A stretch of DNA of 37,195 nucleotides from Sphingomicrobium sp. Its GTDB lineage: Bacteria; Pseudomonadota; Alphaproteobacteria; Sphingomonadales; Sphingomonadaceae. The notes under the pieces were generated by a model. That model did no database searches and was not told the DNA's origin. It was given only the letters and a program-made list of their open reading frames with translations. Position 1 is the stretch's first letter. Each line of letters begins with the position of its first letter. Position numbers and translations under genes: made by a program. This document shows, piece after piece, positions 35,461 through 37,195 of this stretch. The DNA is taken from NCBI GenBank assembly GCA_046715575.1, contig JBKJYX010000012.1, positions 1-37,195 of the forward strand, in the 5' to 3' direction.

Positions 35461-35870
35461 TTGGCACGCCCTTCCCGATCGCTCCATTTTTCGGGTGGCT
35501 TGGCGGGGGGATCGGGGATCAGCGTTTCGACTGGCTCTTCGGCGAGTTCGTCCGCCGGGGGTGGGCCTGCAAGCTCCTCGCGCGTCTTGCGCCGAGTCTC
35601 GCGGCGCAGCGCGCTACGGCGCCTCAGGCCCCAATCGGCCCAGCGGCCAATCTTAGGCTGCTGGCGCTTGAACCGGACATAGCGGCGCTTGGCCCACATG
35701 CTGGTCTTCAGCACCATGGCGAGCCCGATCGCGAAGACGAAAATGCCGCCCGGGCCGGGAATCGCCCCGGCCAGTGGCGACAACAGGATGAGCACGACCC
35801 CGACACCGAAGATCGTCCATTCCACCGCGGGGTGGTCGATGAACTTGTCCATTTGGTCGCGGCTGATCAT
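35457..35870 (-). CDS. Small membrane protein, PGPGW-like
   Basis: Hydrophobic hairpin around 'IPGPGG', then 'WAKRRY'. ATG 35870 sits 7 nt after TTGCGC-N17-CACATT (probably leaderless). Confidence 0.65.
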   Translation of the reverse strand: MISRDQMDKFIDHPAVEWTIFGVGVVLILLSPLAGAIPGPGGIFVFAIGLAMVLKTSMWAKRRYVRFKRQQPKIGRWADWGLRRRSALRRETRRKTREELAGPPPADELAEEPVETLIPDPPAKPPEKWSDREGRAN

Positions 35871-36008
35871 GTCCCAGAATGTGGTTGCCTGCGGCGGTTC
35901 GCGCAAGGGAGCTTGCTGACAGCCATGCGCAAGGCGTAGCGTGGCCGTGCCGAATGAGGGGGTTCCCCTGAATACCGATTACGGTCGGCTGCCGCGACGC
36001 GTCGCTCG

Positions 36009-37195
36009 ATGACCGCAACCGTCGCCACCGTCGCTTATCTCGGCCTCGAAGCGCGAGCTGTCGAAGTGCAGGTCCAGCTGTCGTCGGGGCTGCCGGCGTT
36101 CATCATCGTCGGCCTGCCCGACAAAGCCGTCGCCGAAAGCCGCGAACGCGTCCGCGCCGCGCTGGCGGCGATCGGTCTCGCCCTCCCGCCCAGGCGCATC
36201 ACCGTCAATTTGTCGCCGGCCGACTTGCCCAAGGAAGGCTCGCACTACGATTTGCCGATCGCGCTGTGCCTGCTGGCGGCGATCGGCGCCGCCGACGCCG
36301 AGAGCCTGTCGCACTATGTCGCGGTCGGAGAATTGAGCCTCGACGGCCGAATCGCCGCCTCGCCCGGGGTGCTGCTCGCCGCGCTCCACGCGTCGGCCAA
36401 CGACAAGGGGCTGATCTGTCCCGCGGTGCAGGGCAGCGAGGCGGTGTGGGCAGGGGAGTTGGAAGTCGCCGCCGCGCCCGACCTCTTGGCCCTGCTCGCC
36501 CATCTCAAGGGCACCGCGCTGCTCGCCCCGCCGGTCGAGGCCGAGGTCGAGCCGCTCGGTCACGGTCCCGACCTCAGCCAGGTCAAGGGGCAGGAGGTCG
36601 CCAAGCGGGCGCTCGAGATCGCTGCCGCCGGCGGGCACAATTTGCTGATGAGCGGCCCGCCCGGAGCGGGTAAATCCCTGCTCGCCGCGTGCCTGCCGCG
36701 GATCCTGCCGCCGCTCGAGCCGTCGGAAGCCTTGGAAGTATCGATGGTCGCGTCGGTCGCGGGCGAGATGAATGGCGGCAAGATCCGCCGCCGCCGGCCG
36801 TTCCGCTCGCCGCACCACTCGGCGTCGATGCCGGCGCTGGTCGGCGGCGGGCTGCGCGTCAGGCCGGGCGAGATCAGCCTCGCGCACCTCGGCGTATTGT
36901 TTCTCGACGAGCTGCCCGAATTTCAGCGCGCGGTGCTCGATTCGCTCCGCCAGCCGCTGGAGACCGGCAGTGTCAGCGTGGCGCGCGCCAATACCCACGT
37001 CACCTTCCCGGCGCGGGTCCAGCGGGGCGCGGCGATGAACCCAAGCCGCTGCGGCCATCTCGGCGATCCGGCGCTGGCCTGGAGCCGGGCGCCGCGCTGC
37101 GCCGCGGACTATCAGGCGAAGGTTTCGGGCCCATTGCTCGACCGCATCGACCTCCACGTCGACGTCCAGGGCGTGTCGGCGGCGGACCTGACGCT
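36009..37195 (+). CDS. comM: ComM/YifB family Mg-chelatase-like AAA+ ATPase (3' end truncated by the window)
   Basis: Manual translation 'MTATVATVAYLGLEAR...IVGLPDKAVAESRERV...NLSPADLPKEGSHYDLPIA...GPPGAGKS...PFRSPHHS...GEISLAH.G.LFLDELPEF...SGPLLDRID'; no stop before the window end. Confidence 0.95.
   Translation, partial: MTATVATVAYLGLEARAVEVQVQLSSGLPAFIIVGLPDKAVAESRERVRAALAAIGLALPPRRITVNLSPADLPKEGSHYDLPIALCLLAAIGAADAESLSHYVAVGELSLDGRIAASPGVLLAALHASANDKGLICPAVQGSEAVWAGELEVAAAPDLLALLAHLKGTALLAPPVEAEVEPLGHGPDLSQVKGQEVAKRALEIAAAGGHNLLMSGPPGAGKSLLAACLPRILPPLEPSEALEVSMVASVAGEMNGGKIRRRRPFRSPHHSASMPALVGGGLRVRPGEISLAHLGVLFLDELPEFQRAVLDSLRQPLETGSVSVARANTHVTFPARVQRGAAMNPSRCGHLGDPALAWSRAPRCAADYQAKVSGPLLDRIDLHVDVQGVSAADLT

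Noticed and set aside
35461-35478. Sigma54-like TGGCACG
   Set aside because: Lacks the GC at -12 (TCCC instead of TTGC) and has no suitable downstream gene on that strand.
5546-37195. dprA and comM as a competence island or mobile element
   Set aside because: About 30 kb apart among housekeeping genes; no integrase, transposase or att sites seen.

Overview
High-GC, gene-dense core-chromosome region of an alphaproteobacterium; gene order and promoter style fit the Sphingomonadaceae. In window order: apaG; the minus-strand block nrdR, glyA, rpiB, hemA, murI; plsY-dprA; an inserted desaturase and GNAT pair; topA; an NTF2-like lipoprotein and Lrp regulator; moeB-like, dut, split coaBC, DUF885, ubiB, ubiE; mutM, rpsT, dnaA; a DUF4136-like lipoprotein, trpS, murJ, secB; Tim44-mltA-Smr; a frameshifted GGDEF-EAL gene; dapE, cupin, GST; engB, yidC, yidD, rnpA, rpmH; a PGPGW-like protein; and a partial comM/yifB. 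No rRNA, tRNA, CRISPR, integrase or transposase was found. The most unusual signals concern translation in the rpmH-rnpA-yidD-yidC operon. (i) rnpA has no canonical start after rpmH. Its only in-frame ATG lies 7 nt upstream of the rpmH ATG, so rpmH is nested inside an extended rnpA with a shared SD, the arrangement known from Thermus. (ii) yidD and yidC are bridged by three 6-codon mini-ORFs, each overlapping the next at an NTGA stop/start, built from a 17-bp repeat; similar mini-ORFs occur at murJ-trpS and glyA-nrdR. Also present: many predicted leaderless sigma70 promoters, an interlocked ubiE/mutM promoter pair, a Fur-like box at hemA, a CGTC-type palindromic repeat, GANTC/GcrA-like motif clusters, and signs of possible sequence errors. 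All promoter and binding-site calls were made by eye.
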